DNA of 64,000 nucleotides. Source: Treponema sp. GTDB lineage: Bacteria; Spirochaetota; Spirochaetia; Treponematales; Treponemataceae. The notes beneath the pieces are model-generated. The model ran no database searches and had not been told where the DNA came from. It saw only the letters and a list, made by a program, of their open reading frames with translations. The position numbers and the translations under genes are program-made. Shown here one piece after another: positions 20,640 through 30,261 of the stretch. How positions within the stretch are numbered: the stretch's first letter is position 1; each line of letters opens with the position of its first letter. Location of the stretch: assembly GCA_045131275.1 (NCBI GenBank), contig JBGUQT010000043.1, positions 53,109 to 117,108 of the forward strand, given 5' to 3'.

Positions 20640-22148
20640 TTACGCAAACGGGTTCTCTGTCGCGTACAATGTGCCGGCGGGCTGGTTGTAGGCGATGTCT
20701 TCGATTCCGAGGTACTGGAATACTGTCCACAAGGCTTTTCCTACGTGGCCAAAGGCAACGGCTCCGTGGTGCGGATACTGCTTGCCTACCAATACGTGGC
20801 GGTAGAAGCGGCCCATTTCCGGGATGCCGAACACGCCGATTCCGCCGAATGAGTGTGTGGCGGCTTCCAAGACTTCGCCTTCGGCAACATAAGCTTGGAG
20901 CTTTGTGTCCGGGCGAGTCTGCAATCTGAAGAATGTGATGTCGCCGGCGGCAATGTCGCCTTCCAAGGTTCCGCGAGTAAAGTCAGGCTCGCTTCCTTTT
21001 GGCTCAAGCAAGCGGTGCTGGATCAACTGGTACTTGACTCCAGGCTTTCTGTCTTTGTTCAAATGGCAGAAGGGAGTGTTTCCGCAGTGGAAGCCCATGA
21101 ATGTGTCCGTAAGCTTGTAGGGATACTTTGTCTTTCCCTTGATTTCGTCGTCGTACAAATCTTGCGGAACGGTGTTGTTGATGTCGAGCAAGGTGACGGG
21201 AGTTCCTGTAACGCAAGAGCCGATGTATTCGCTCAAGGCGCCAAAAATGTCGACTTCGCAGGCAACCGGAATTCCGCGGCTGGCCAAGCGGCTGTTGACG
21301 TAGCAAGGCTCAAATCCAAAGGCCTCGGGGAAAGCAGGCCAACACTTGTCGGCGAATACGACGTAGTCGCGAGCGCCCTTGTGCTTTTCCGCCCAGTCGA
21401 GCAATGTAATTTCAAACTGCGCCATGCGGGGAAGGAAGTCAGGATAGTTGTTGCCTGTAGATCCAAGCTCGGCGGCCATGTCTTTTACGATGTCGTCGAT
21501 GCGCTTGTCGCCAGCGTGCGCCTTGTAAGAAACCAACAAGTCAAGCTCTGAGTTCTCTTCGATCTCTACGCCGATGTCGTAAAGGCCTTTGATCGGAGCG
21601 TTGCAGGCAAAGAAGTCTTGAGGGCGGGGTCCGAATGTGATGATCTTAAGGTGAGAAAGTCCGATAAGGGCGCGGGCCACAGGAACAAAGTCCTTCATCA
21701 TGGCGGCTACTTCTTCGGCTGTTCCAACGGGGTACTCGGGAAGAACGGCCTTGAGGTGGCGGAGGCCAAGGTTGTAAGAGCAGTTGAGAACGCCGCAGTA
21801 AGCGTCGCCGCGTCCGTCAATCAATCCGCCGTCTTTGTATGAGCTTTCGGCGGCGGCGGCGTACATTACCGGGCCGTCAAAGTTTTTGGCGATCAATGTT
21901 TCCGGAGTTTCCGGTCCAAAGTTTCCAAGGAAGACGCAGAGGGCGTTGCAGCCGGCCTTCTTTACGTCCTCAACAGCCTTGAGCATGTCAAGCTCGTTTT
22001 CCACCGTAACCTTGCACTCGTAAAGGTCCGAGCCGTAGGCTTTGGCGATGGCCGCTCTTCTTGATTCAGAAAGCGAGATGATGAAGCAGTCGCGGCTTAC
22101 CGCGATGATTCCCAATTTTACGTTTGGAATGTTTGTCCACTTGTCCAT
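20640..22148 (-). CDS. L-fucose-isomerase-family pentose isomerase (XylA-II-like)
   Basis: GIIAVSRDCF, LGNFGPE, RGDAYCG, FGPRPQDF, KCWP, ACEVD, GFHCGN, YPHHGA; co-oriented with xylB. Confidence 0.8.
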   Translation of the reverse strand: MDKWTNIPNVKLGIIAVSRDCFIISLSESRRAAIAKAYGSDLYECKVTVENELDMLKAVEDVKKAGCNALCVFLGNFGPETPETLIAKNFDGPVMYAAAAESSYKDGGLIDGRGDAYCGVLNCSYNLGLRHLKAVLPEYPVGTAEEVAAMMKDFVPVARALIGLSHLKIITFGPRPQDFFACNAPIKGLYDIGVEIEENSELDLLVSYKAHAGDKRIDDIVKDMAAELGSTGNNYPDFLPRMAQFEITLLDWAEKHKGARDYVVFADKCWPAFPEAFGFEPCYVNSRLASRGIPVACEVDIFGALSEYIGSCVTGTPVTLLDINNTVPQDLYDDEIKGKTKYPYKLTDTFMGFHCGNTPFCHLNKDRKPGVKYQLIQHRLLEPKGSEPDFTRGTLEGDIAAGDITFFRLQTRPDTKLQAYVAEGEVLEAATHSFGGIGVFGIPEMGRFYRHVLVGKQYPHHGAVAFGHVGKALWTVFQYLGIEDIAYNQPAGTLYATENPFA

Positions 22149-22196
22149 AAAGTTCTCCTATGTTTTATGAATTGGAAGCGCGTCGCTTGCGCTCCG

Positions 22197-22844
22197 CTAA
22201 TTCGCTAGATTGATGTTGGGGCCTTGCAAGCCGACAAAGGCGCCCTGCTTGGCCTCAGACGTTTCGGGATGCGCGATGAGCCACTTGTTGGCCGCCCACA
22301 AAAGTTTGTCTTCCTTGTCGATGTCGCTGATTTTGGGCTTGTCCAAGTTGGTTCCCTTGGGAAGAATGATCACGACGCGGAAGCCGTCTGGGTTCACTTC
22401 CTTTCCCTTAACGCCGTTGCAAGGCGCGTAGTGGAGCGTCGTCTCGTAAACTTGAACGACAGTTCCAGCGGGAACGTAGAAGGCCTCGACGCAATTTGTG
22501 TTGAGCTTTCCGTTCTTTACAGACTGAAGCGGAGCCAAAAGCAAAACGATGTCGGTGGAAGGAATGTTGATTTCGCTTCCGCGGTGCCATTCCAAGCAGT
22601 TGAGCTTTGTGTTGAAGCCGTTGCAGTAGCCGATTTGGATTGGCATTCCGCCGTAAGCGTTCGCGCTAAATTGCTTGGCCACCGGCAAGCCTTCAAGGCC
22701 AGCGTCGCCGGGCGTGTAGATTACCTTGTCCTTTGGCTTTTCGGTTGTGGAATCAAGCTTGGAAAGCAATTCCTTTACGTCGTAGCCGGTAAGAACTTTT
22801 CCGTAACGCTCAAAAGAGTGTCCGAACACCGATTTGATTTTCAT
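22197..22844 (-). CDS. DUF4867 family protein
   Basis: YGGMPIQIGYCNG, LNCLEWHRGSE, TTLHYAPC, NKWLIAH. Confidence 0.8.
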   Translation of the reverse strand: MKIKSVFGHSFERYGKVLTGYDVKELLSKLDSTTEKPKDKVIYTPGDAGLEGLPVAKQFSANAYGGMPIQIGYCNGFNTKLNCLEWHRGSEINIPSTDIVLLLAPLQSVKNGKLNTNCVEAFYVPAGTVVQVYETTLHYAPCNGVKGKEVNPDGFRVVIILPKGTNLDKPKISDIDKEDKLLWAANKWLIAHPETSEAKQGAFVGLQGPNINLAN

Positions 22845-22875
22845 TTGTAAGTCCTCCTAATATTGGTCGTCTCCG

Positions 22876-24363
22876 CTACACGTATAGCGGCGAAACTTGG
22901 TTCAAAATCTTGTTGTACTCGACAAAGGCCGCGTCGTAAGCCTTGACGTTTTCCGCGATTGGGTTGGTCGTCTTTGACTCGTCCAACTCAACGTGGCTGT
23001 CGGCGAGCGCTTCCATCGAAACATTTTTGCCGGCGGATTTTTCCAAGCACCAAAGCGCCTGCAAGGCCGCGCCAAAAGCGGCGGCTTCGCTTGATGTCGG
23101 AACTTTTACCGGCAAGTTAAGGATGTCGGCTACAATTTGGCGCCATACGGGGCTTTTTGCTCCGCCGCCCGTAAGCCTAAGCTCTTTGGGGGTAAAGCCG
23201 CGCTTTCTAAAGGCTTCCAAGCCGCCGCGCATTGAGAACACGGCGCTTTCCAAAGCGGCGCGCGCGATGTTGGCGCGATTGCTGTTGGCCACCGTAAGGC
23301 CGGTGATTGACGCGCGGCCGTGGGGCAAGTTTGGCGTGCGCTCGCCGTTAAAGAATGGAAGCACGAATACGCCGTCCGAGCCGGGCTTGGCCTTTTGCGC
23401 CTCGCCGTCAAATTCCTTTACGTCAAGATTAAATAGCGCGCGGATTTCTTCCGAGGCCACGGTGCAGTTCATCGTGCACAAAAGCGGAAGGTAGCCGTTG
23501 GTGGAAGAAGCGAATCCAGAGATTCCGTTCTCCGGGTCGGCGACCGACTTGTCGGAAAAGCCGTAAAGGGTTCCGCTCGTTCCCATCGACATTGTCAACG
23601 TTCCGCCTTTAACGCAGCCAGTGCCGATCGCGCTCATCATGTTGTCTCCGCCGCCAGCCGAAACCGGAATGCCAGCCGGGATTCCAAAACGCTTGGCGGC
23701 CTCTTCCGTAACAGCCCCGCAAGGCTCGTCGTCAGTTATGATTTTAGGAAGCTTTTCCAGCAAAGAAGGATCGACGGCGTCGCAGACGGTCTTAGACCAT
23801 TTTCTGTTAACGCTGTCAAAGAGAGCGGTGCCCGAAGCGTCGCCCGATTCCATAACGTAATTTTTGGTGAAGACAAAATTCAAATAGTCGTGCGGAAGCA
23901 TGACGTACTTTAGCTTGGCAAAGGCGTCGGGCTTGTGGCGCTTGAGCCAGAAAATTTTTGGCGCGGTAAAGCCGGGAAGCATAAAGTTTTGGACGGCCTC
24001 GACAACCTTTTCCTTTCCGCCAAGAGCGTCGGTAAGAAGCTTGCATTCTTCCGCAGTGGAAGTGTCGTTCCACAATTTGATGTTGTAAAGGGCTTTTCCG
24101 TCCTCTCCAAGAGGAACAAAGCCGTGCTGCTGTCCCGAAACGCCGATTGCCTGAATGGAGGCCTTTCCTTCCGCGCTCAATTTGGAAAAGCAAACGTCAA
24201 GGCCTTTCTCGTACATTTCCGTTGTCTGCTCGCGCGTTCCGTCATCCTTGGAAATCAAGTCCATCGGGCAAGAACCGCTTTCGACAGTCTTCTTGTTTTC
24301 ATAATCGTAGAGAACAACCTTCATGCTCTGTGTTCCCAAGTCAACGCCAGCAACGCATTTCAT
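22876..24363 (-). CDS. xylB: Xylulokinase (FGGY family)
   Basis: GVDLGTQS, IGVSGQQHG, LWND, GFTAPK, GDASGT, GGGDN, GERTP, TGGGAKS. Confidence 0.9.
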   Translation of the reverse strand: MKCVAGVDLGTQSMKVVLYDYENKKTVESGSCPMDLISKDDGTREQTTEMYEKGLDVCFSKLSAEGKASIQAIGVSGQQHGFVPLGEDGKALYNIKLWNDTSTAEECKLLTDALGGKEKVVEAVQNFMLPGFTAPKIFWLKRHKPDAFAKLKYVMLPHDYLNFVFTKNYVMESGDASGTALFDSVNRKWSKTVCDAVDPSLLEKLPKIITDDEPCGAVTEEAAKRFGIPAGIPVSAGGGDNMMSAIGTGCVKGGTLTMSMGTSGTLYGFSDKSVADPENGISGFASSTNGYLPLLCTMNCTVASEEIRALFNLDVKEFDGEAQKAKPGSDGVFVLPFFNGERTPNLPHGRASITGLTVANSNRANIARAALESAVFSMRGGLEAFRKRGFTPKELRLTGGGAKSPVWRQIVADILNLPVKVPTSSEAAAFGAALQALWCLEKSAGKNVSMEALADSHVELDESKTTNPIAENVKAYDAAFVEYNKILNQVSPLYV

Positions 24364-24401
24364 AACATCCTCCGTATCGTGCTCGTGCACGGTATACACT
24401 A

Positions 24402-24430
24402 ATAATACGCTTGAATCGCCAGATTGTCAA
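24402..24430 (-). promoter_or_regulatory. Sigma70-type promoter of the xyl operon
   Basis: TTGACA-17 nt-TATTAT on the minus strand. Confidence 0.7.
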
Positions 24431-24471
24431 GGGAATTTTGAGGGAAAAGGAACGAATTTTAGGGGAAATGT

Positions 24472-24717
24472 CTACAAATCCAATAAGTCAATATAACTTG
24501 CACCCAAAACCTTTGAAAAGACTCTTAATTCAATGTCCGTAACAAAACGCTGGCCGCTTTCTATGCGTTGAATGGCATTTTTGTCCAAATCAATTCCTGC
24601 AAGTTGCATTTTGTCAGCAAGGGCTCGTTGCGACATTCGGGGAACTTGCTTTTTTCGAATTTGAGCTATTTGTATGCCAGAAATGTTATTTCTGTCGCCA
24701 TTCTTGTTCTTGTACAT
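24472..24717 (-). CDS. XRE-family HTH regulator
   Basis: MSQRALADKMQLAGIDLDKNAIQRIESGQRFVTDIEL. Confidence 0.85.
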   Translation of the reverse strand: MYKNKNGDRNNISGIQIAQIRKKQVPRMSQRALADKMQLAGIDLDKNAIQRIESGQRFVTDIELRVFSKVLGASYIDLLDL

Positions 24718-24718
24718 T

Positions 24719-24789
24719 TGACATTCACTGATTGACAATTTAAGATTTTATGATAAAATTGTGTGAATTTTGACATTAACTGAATGTCA
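24719..24789. promoter_or_regulatory. Two palindromic operator-like sites and a promoter between the divergent XRE and lipoprotein genes
   Basis: TGACATT-aactg-AATGTCA (24771-24789) and degenerate TGACATT-cactg-ATTGACA (24719-24737); TTGACA-16-TAAAAT (24732-24759). Confidence 0.6.
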
Positions 24790-24813
24790 TTTAATTTATG
24801 GAGGATTTTTTCT

Positions 24814-25758
24814 ATGAAAAAAGTTAGTTTTGGAGCTCTTCTTATTATTTGTAGTTTTTTGTTGATAACAACATTTTTTTCGTGCTCAAATCCAAGTGAT
24901 TCGGGCGTGAGTAATACAAAAACATCCGTTTTTGATTTTAGAATCAAAGACGAAACAGAAAGAAGTCAAGCCAACATATCCCGATCTTTAGGTGGAACCA
25001 AGATTTATGAAACAAGCGAACCTTTTTTAGTAGACCCAAATAAACCAATACAACTTACATCAGACGAACAAAAATCGATTTTTAAATTAGAGGCATTGAG
25101 CGAAACCGATTCCAAAAAAGGTATAAAAGTGACACTTACACCTCCTTCAAGCCCAAATGCTTACATTACGGGAATAAACATTTGGTATATTGATGGAAAC
25201 GAAAATTATTCAACCAAAACTTATTCTAACAGATTGTCTGGTGACATTTATTATTTTCCATTTGTTCTCCCAAATAAAAGAGTGATAATAGCTATTGAAG
25301 CACAATTCCTAAATAAAGGAGAATTTCAAGCAAGATATGCAATAGACACAAAGACTGGCATTGGGACCATTGACGATTTGCCCAAAGACTATGATTCTGA
25401 AAAATCTCATATCGTAATAAATAATCTCGCCGCAAGCATAAAGAATGTAATCCCGCCAGACCTTAATGTTCACGGATTAAAAAGATTACAAAAGCATTGC
25501 GCTTTTCAATACACAATGGGAGAACCCCGATATTTAAATTGGATCTGGATTGGCGCAAACGAAACTCTCATTAATGCAATGGATGAGTGTTATGATTTGG
25601 ATTTTTCAAATTTGCATGACACCTCTAGAGTTGGATCATATAAGTATTATTTCCTCTATGTGGCTTATAAATTTGAAGTTGAAGGATATGACAATCAACA
25701 ATTTTTTACTCCAGCCGTAGAATCAAAGTTAGTCGAAATCTCTTCAATACGGCCATAA
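24814..25758 (+). CDS. Hypothetical AT-rich lipoprotein
   Basis: GGAGG RBS; MKK..hydrophobic..FFSC lipobox; lower GC than flanks. Confidence 0.75.
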   Translation: MKKVSFGALLIICSFLLITTFFSCSNPSDSGVSNTKTSVFDFRIKDETERSQANISRSLGGTKIYETSEPFLVDPNKPIQLTSDEQKSIFKLEALSETDSKKGIKVTLTPPSSPNAYITGINIWYIDGNENYSTKTYSNRLSGDIYYFPFVLPNKRVIIAIEAQFLNKGEFQARYAIDTKTGIGTIDDLPKDYDSEKSHIVINNLAASIKNVIPPDLNVHGLKRLQKHCAFQYTMGEPRYLNWIWIGANETLINAMDECYDLDFSNLHDTSRVGSYKYYFLYVAYKFEVEGYDNQQFFTPAVESKLVEISSIRP

Positions 25759-25761
25759 CAT

Positions 25762-25790
25762 AAAGAAACCGCCCTTTGGGCGGTTTCTTT
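25762..25790. terminator. Bidirectional intrinsic terminator
   Basis: AAAGAAACCGCCC-TTT-GGGCGGTTTCTTT perfect inverted repeat between convergent genes. Confidence 0.85.
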
Positions 25791-25808
25791 GGCTTACACA
25801 AAAAATAT

Positions 25809-26489
25809 TTAATCAAAAGCCTTTTTCTTAATTGGTTTCAAAAATTGTCTTTTCAAATCACGCTCATTATGGAACAATAAAAGCTCTGAATTGGAAAGCT
25901 CCTTTCGTTCGCATTTTAGGCTAAGAAGTTTCAATGTGCAAATTAAGTCAGCAGCTTGAAAAAGCTTGTAATCTTTAGGAAGAACCTTTCTAGCATCATA
26001 GCTCGACAATTCAGTTGTAAGAACGGCGTTTAAAATAGCGTTAAGCTCGTGCTGTCCATTGTCATAATACAAAATCACATCATCAAAACTTTGAAACCAT
26101 TCAAGATTTGAGCGAATGAATTGCGACAATTCTTTAGCCATTCTGCCTTGAAGCTTGAACGATGTTTCAAATTGACTCTTCTCAAACACAAAAGTTTTGT
26201 ATTTGATGTCAGACTTCATCACAAAATAAAAAAGTTTTGAAAACAGCGCGCGGCGTTCATTCGGCAAAACAGAGGCAAACATTTCTTCTTTACGAATAAG
26301 CGGAGCGGTATGAATCGCAAAGCCTTTGCCATAGCCAAGCGAGTGAATTTCTTCATCCAATTTTTGAATCAGCGGATTCATGTCGCTGTTCTGGTCATGG
26401 AAAACCATCGTAACTATATAATACGGGCAATGAGAGCTGTATGCGCCAAAATCACCGCTTTCGTCAACGAAAACGCTTAAATTTCCCAT
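25809..26489 (-). CDS. DUF3800 domain protein
   Basis: N-terminal VFVDESGDFG, IHTAPL, LYYDNGQ, C-terminal LFQAADLIC. Confidence 0.82.
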   Translation of the reverse strand: MGNLSVFVDESGDFGAYSSHCPYYIVTMVFHDQNSDMNPLIQKLDEEIHSLGYGKGFAIHTAPLIRKEEMFASVLPNERRALFSKLFYFVMKSDIKYKTFVFEKSQFETSFKLQGRMAKELSQFIRSNLEWFQSFDDVILYYDNGQHELNAILNAVLTTELSSYDARKVLPKDYKLFQAADLICTLKLLSLKCERKELSNSELLLFHNERDLKRQFLKPIKKKAFD

Positions 26490-26504
26490 TGCCGCTCCTA
26501 AAAC

Positions 26505-26570
26505 AAAAAAGGCGGGACAGTTTGCCCGCCGTAGTAGGTTGGACCTGGGTCTTTCGACCAGCCCAAGTAA
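26505..26570 (-). ncRNA. Putative ~65-nt structured leader/small RNA upstream of the DUF3800 gene
   Basis: After the promoter: hairpin UUGGGCUGGUC-GAAA-GACCCAGGUCCAA, then GGCGGG..CCCGCC-U6 terminator, then AGGAG RBS. Confidence 0.65.
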
Positions 26571-26575
26571 TAATT

Positions 26576-26603
26576 ATTATACAGCATTCAGCGTAAATGT
26601 CAA
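26576..26603 (-). promoter_or_regulatory. Consensus sigma70 promoter for the DUF3800 unit
   Basis: TTGACA (26603-26598)-16 nt-TATAAT (26581-26576). Confidence 0.75.
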
Positions 26604-26610
26604 CCCTTTT

Positions 26611-28584
26611 TCACCCGTAAAAGGCGTGGGCGTTGCCGCCCCTCTTTTTGCACTCGTACATTACGGAGTCGGCCTTTTCGTACAAGGCGGCAAAAGGCTC
26701 GTCGCCGCTAACATAAACGCAGCCCATGCTTACGGTCACTTTATGGCCGCCCATTTCTTGCACCTTGATTTTGTCAATATTGGACATAAAGCGGCTGATG
26801 ACGATAGAAGCGTCCTTGTCCTCTTGAACGCCAAGCGCGAAAACGACGAACTCGTCTCCGCCCAGACGAATCAAAATGTCCGAATTGCGGAAGCTTTTTT
26901 TCATCGACTTGGCTATTTCCACCAAAACCTTGTCGCCGACCGCGTGGCCAAAATTGTCGTTTATGAACTTAAATTTGTTCACGTCAAAAAGGCAGAACAT
27001 TCCGACATGGCCTTCTTTTAAAATGTTCGAGACGCCAAGCTCGCCGCTGCGCCTGTTGCAAATGGAAGTCAAGAAATCCGTTTCCGAAAGAATTTGCAAG
27101 TTGATTTCCAGCTTTTTTTGCGCGGTTATGTCTACCAAAGAATAAACCACCACGCGGTCGTCGTTGGAAAGCGTAACCCGCTTGGCGTGCGTAAGAATGT
27201 AGCCCACGCGGCCGTCGCCATAGTGAATGGAAGACTCAAAAATAACTTCTTCGCCTTCATTGGCGTTGACGGCGTTCTTGAGCTGCTCGTCCATCGCGTC
27301 AAGCTCTTCCTTGGTGAATTGGTTTCGGACATCTTGAATGGTAAGCTTTCTTTCTTCGTTGGGATTAAAGCCGTACAACTCAAGCGCCTTTTTGTTTATC
27401 AGCATAATCTCGCCGTTGGCTGCGGCGGTGACAACAGTTCCCACAGTTTGAACCTGGAACATTTCCTTAAAGAGTTTGTCCTTGTTTTGAAGAATGTCTT
27501 TAAGGTCGTTGACCGCGTTGGCTATCGTTCCAAATTCATCCTTGCGCGAAAGGTAACGGACAATGTCGCCTGCCCCGGAAAAATCGTTTTTCTTAAAAGC
27601 TATGATTGTGTTGTTGATCGCCGAAAGCGGCTTCATCATGCGTTCCACGCAAAAAACGCCGAGAAAAACCGTAAGCGCGGCTATAATAAAGCAAACGGCA
27701 AAACTTTGGATTCGCACAACCAAGATCATTTTAAACACATCAGCCTTTAAATCAGAGATAATAAAGAACCAATTGCGCTTTTGAATGTATTTGCACGACG
27801 CCACAATGTCATTGTTGGAATAAGTGAACTTGCCTTCCGGCGTGACTTCATACTTGTAATTATTAATGATGCGCAAAATGTCAGCGTCGGTACATTCCGT
27901 TCCAACCAAGTCCGGGCGGCTGTGAAAGATAAAAGTGTTGTTGGAGGCGTTAATCAAAAGGTATTCGCTGTTGGGCGTGTTGACGTTTTTTAGTTTGCTG
28001 AGCTTTTGGGAAAGGTCGTCGGTATAAAACGCCGCTCCCGTAAAACCTATGGGCTCGCCCGCTTTATTAAAGACTGGAGAGTAAACTGGAATCACCATTT
28101 TTTTAGTAACCGGCGCCATGACGATTCCAGAGCAAAACGACTTTTTTCTTTGGCGGATTTGCGCCTCAAGATTATTGGCGCCCTTTGCGTCTCTAAAGGT
28201 TTTGTCGACGGAGTCAGGGTTGATGTGGGCCAAAACGTAAGTGTCCCAACGCGCGACGTAAAGGCCTTCCATGAATTTTTTTCCTTCGGCGCACTTGTTT
28301 GTGTACTCCCTGGCCCGCTTGATGTTTTGTTCGCTTGGATTTTCAAGAACGTCGACAATCTCGGCGGCCTTGCTGTATCCGTCCAAAAAGTCGCAGCAGC
28401 CTTCGATGTATGTCTCAATCAGCTCCGCCCTGTCCCGCGCGATTACGCTCATGTCCTCCGCAGACCTGTCTTCTAGTATGCGGGTGATTTTGCCGTTCAT
28501 AATTTTATAGAGAAAAAACACTGAGACAATTTCAACCGCCGCAAACAGCAAGGCGATTTTTGCGCTGATTCTTACGCTTTTCAT
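26611..28584 (-). CDS. Membrane sensor diguanylate cyclase (Cache-HAMP-PAS-GGDEF)
   Basis: Two TM helices around a Cache-like domain; RKDEFG HAMP; FKFINDNFGH, RNSD I-site, RLGGDEF. Confidence 0.9.
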   Translation of the reverse strand: MKSVRISAKIALLFAAVEIVSVFFLYKIMNGKITRILEDRSAEDMSVIARDRAELIETYIEGCCDFLDGYSKAAEIVDVLENPSEQNIKRAREYTNKCAEGKKFMEGLYVARWDTYVLAHINPDSVDKTFRDAKGANNLEAQIRQRKKSFCSGIVMAPVTKKMVIPVYSPVFNKAGEPIGFTGAAFYTDDLSQKLSKLKNVNTPNSEYLLINASNNTFIFHSRPDLVGTECTDADILRIINNYKYEVTPEGKFTYSNNDIVASCKYIQKRNWFFIISDLKADVFKMILVVRIQSFAVCFIIAALTVFLGVFCVERMMKPLSAINNTIIAFKKNDFSGAGDIVRYLSRKDEFGTIANAVNDLKDILQNKDKLFKEMFQVQTVGTVVTAAANGEIMLINKKALELYGFNPNEERKLTIQDVRNQFTKEELDAMDEQLKNAVNANEGEEVIFESSIHYGDGRVGYILTHAKRVTLSNDDRVVVYSLVDITAQKKLEINLQILSETDFLTSICNRRSGELGVSNILKEGHVGMFCLFDVNKFKFINDNFGHAVGDKVLVEIAKSMKKSFRNSDILIRLGGDEFVVFALGVQEDKDASIVISRFMSNIDKIKVQEMGGHKVTVSMGCVYVSGDEPFAALYEKADSVMYECKKRGGNAHAFYG

Positions 28585-28599
28585 TTTATTATAGCGCGC

Positions 28600-29160
28600 T
28601 TACCGTCCCCAAGTCATAATAAGGTCGTAGTTGTCTTCGCGGACCTCAAAATACTGGTTGCGCTCGCCGCAAGTGGCGCAGTATTCGGGAGCGCTTGGGC
28701 CAACGACGATGTGGCCGCACTTGAGGCATTCCCAAACCTTTACGGTAGACTCCTTAAGCTTTTTGGAAGTGTCCTCGTCGTTCAACAAAGAACGGTAGCG
28801 CTCCTCGTGGCGCTTTTCGATTTGGGCAACGGCGCGGAACTTGGCGGCCAATTCGGCAAAGCCTTCCGCTTCGGCGGTTTTAGCAAAGCCTTCGTACATG
28901 TCCGTCCATTCGTGGTTTTCGCCGTCGGCGGCCGCCTTTAGGTTTGTCGTCGAGTCTTTTATGCCGTCCAATTCGGTAAGCCACATTTTGGCGTGCTGCT
29001 CTTCGTTGTTGGCGGTTTTTTCAAAAATCTTGGCGATTTTGTCCTGGCCCTCTTTTTGGGCTACCTGCGAAAAATAAACGTACTTGTTGCGCGCCTGCGA
29101 CTCTCCGGCAAAGGCCGCCAACAAGTTTTTCTCTGTCTGCGTTCCAGCGTATTTGCTCAT
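28600..29160 (-). CDS. rbr: Rubrerythrin
   Basis: [30 protein letters not shown]-terminal CLKC..CATC. Confidence 0.9.
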   Translation of the reverse strand: MSKYAGTQTEKNLLAAFAGESQARNKYVYFSQVAQKEGQDKIAKIFEKTANNEEQHAKMWLTELDGIKDSTTNLKAAADGENHEWTDMYEGFAKTAEAEGFAELAAKFRAVAQIEKRHEERYRSLLNDEDTSKKLKESTVKVWECLKCGHIVVGPSAPEYCATCGERNQYFEVREDNYDLIMTWGR

Positions 29161-29196
29161 ATCGTTCTCCTTGTGAGTGGTGTAAGTTGTTCTTTT

Positions 29197-29225
29197 ATTA
29201 TAAGGCAGAATTTGGGATAAAGCAA
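29197..29225 (-). promoter_or_regulatory. Sigma70-type promoter of rubrerythrin
   Basis: TTGCTT-17 nt-TATAAT. Confidence 0.6.
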
Positions 29226-29313
29226 GTGCCGCCTCGTGCTATCTTTGGCAAGACCTTAACTTTTATTTCGAGCGGTTTCGCCGCGTCTTTCAGACGCTAC
29301 TTGCGCGCGTTCC

Positions 29314-30261
29314 CTAGAACAACTCCCGCTGCCCGTCGCTAGGCGGAACGGTCTTCCAGCTTTTTTGCTCGGCTTGGTGAACGGTGTCAGTCGGAAGCGG
29401 GCTTCCTATCAAAAAGGGGGAACGTGGATCGTGGCGGGCGGCGTTTTGCTTGACCGCGCGCCAATCGCTGTTGGCGTAGCAGTAGCGGCAAAAGTGCCGG
29501 CAAGTCGAATACGCTCCGATGTCGCAAGAAAGATAGCAGGCGCATTCAGAGCGGGAGGGCGTATATTTAGGAAATTGGAGCGCCTGGCCCAAAGCCTTTT
29601 CGTAAATGGCTGGAGTCATGCAGCCGCCGCATTCCGCTCCGTATTGAGCCAAAAAATCCCCTTCTCCGCAAGTCCTGATTGTAATTTTGTTTGCGGCGGC
29701 GATTTTTATCAAATCAGACCCGAGCGCGATTTTTTGGCCTTGATCAAGCTCGCGCGCCTGTGGAAAATTGCGCCGGACTTTTGGATACAAATCTATAAAG
29801 CTGACAACGCAATAGTCAGTCCAGCCGCTTAGGGCGCGCGACATTGTCTCAAAGGCGCGGCGGTGGTAGTCCGCCGTATATTTGTTGTCCACAAAAATCG
29901 GATCGTAGCGCCAAACGACTCTTTCCTTGCCGACAAGCGCCGAAAGTTTTTGGAAAGCGGCGACCATCTCGCGCTTGTCAGGAACGCCGGGCTCTATGTC
30001 TCGGCCATAAGGCGTAATCGTGACTTGCCAATATTGCGCGTAGCCGCGTTCGTTCAGTTCCGCAATGTAAGGCAGCATCGGAATCGGGTTCTTTGTGCAA
30101 AAGCCGATCATGTCCACAAGGTCGGGGCGAATTTCAAAGCGGGTGACGGCGCTTTGGTTGTAAGGATTCCGAACCATTACAAAGCCTTCGCGGACGCGGT
30201 TCATAAACCATTCGGAGAAAAATGCCGGTATGTCCGTGCGCTGGCCTGTATTCAAAATCAC
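29314..30261 (-). CDS. DUF1848 domain protein (C-terminal CxxxCxxC)
   Basis: GTG start VILNTGQRTDIPAF, VRNPY, TKNP, WRYDPI, DIGAYSTCRHFCRYCYAN. Confidence 0.85.
   Translation of the reverse strand: MILNTGQRTDIPAFFSEWFMNRVREGFVMVRNPYNQSAVTRFEIRPDLVDMIGFCTKNPIPMLPYIAELNERGYAQYWQVTITPYGRDIEPGVPDKREMVAAFQKLSALVGKERVVWRYDPIFVDNKYTADYHRRAFETMSRALSGWTDYCVVSFIDLYPKVRRNFPQARELDQGQKIALGSDLIKIAAANKITIRTCGEGDFLAQYGAECGGCMTPAIYEKALGQALQFPKYTPSRSECACYLSCDIGAYSTCRHFCRYCYANSDWRAVKQNAARHDPRSPFLIGSPLPTDTVHQAEQKSWKTVPPSDGQRELF

Noticed and set aside
20853-21551. Long antisense ORFs (also 22224-22850, 27094-27750, 39641-40291, 46726-47340, 47213-48028)
   Set aside because: Shadow frames opposite well-supported genes, with no recognisable motifs or RBS.
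26539-27021. 160-aa plus-strand ORF overlapping the GGDEF gene and DUF3800 leader
   Set aside because: TTG start, no RBS, antisense to a conserved GGDEF domain; the region is better explained by promoter and RNA structure on the minus strand.
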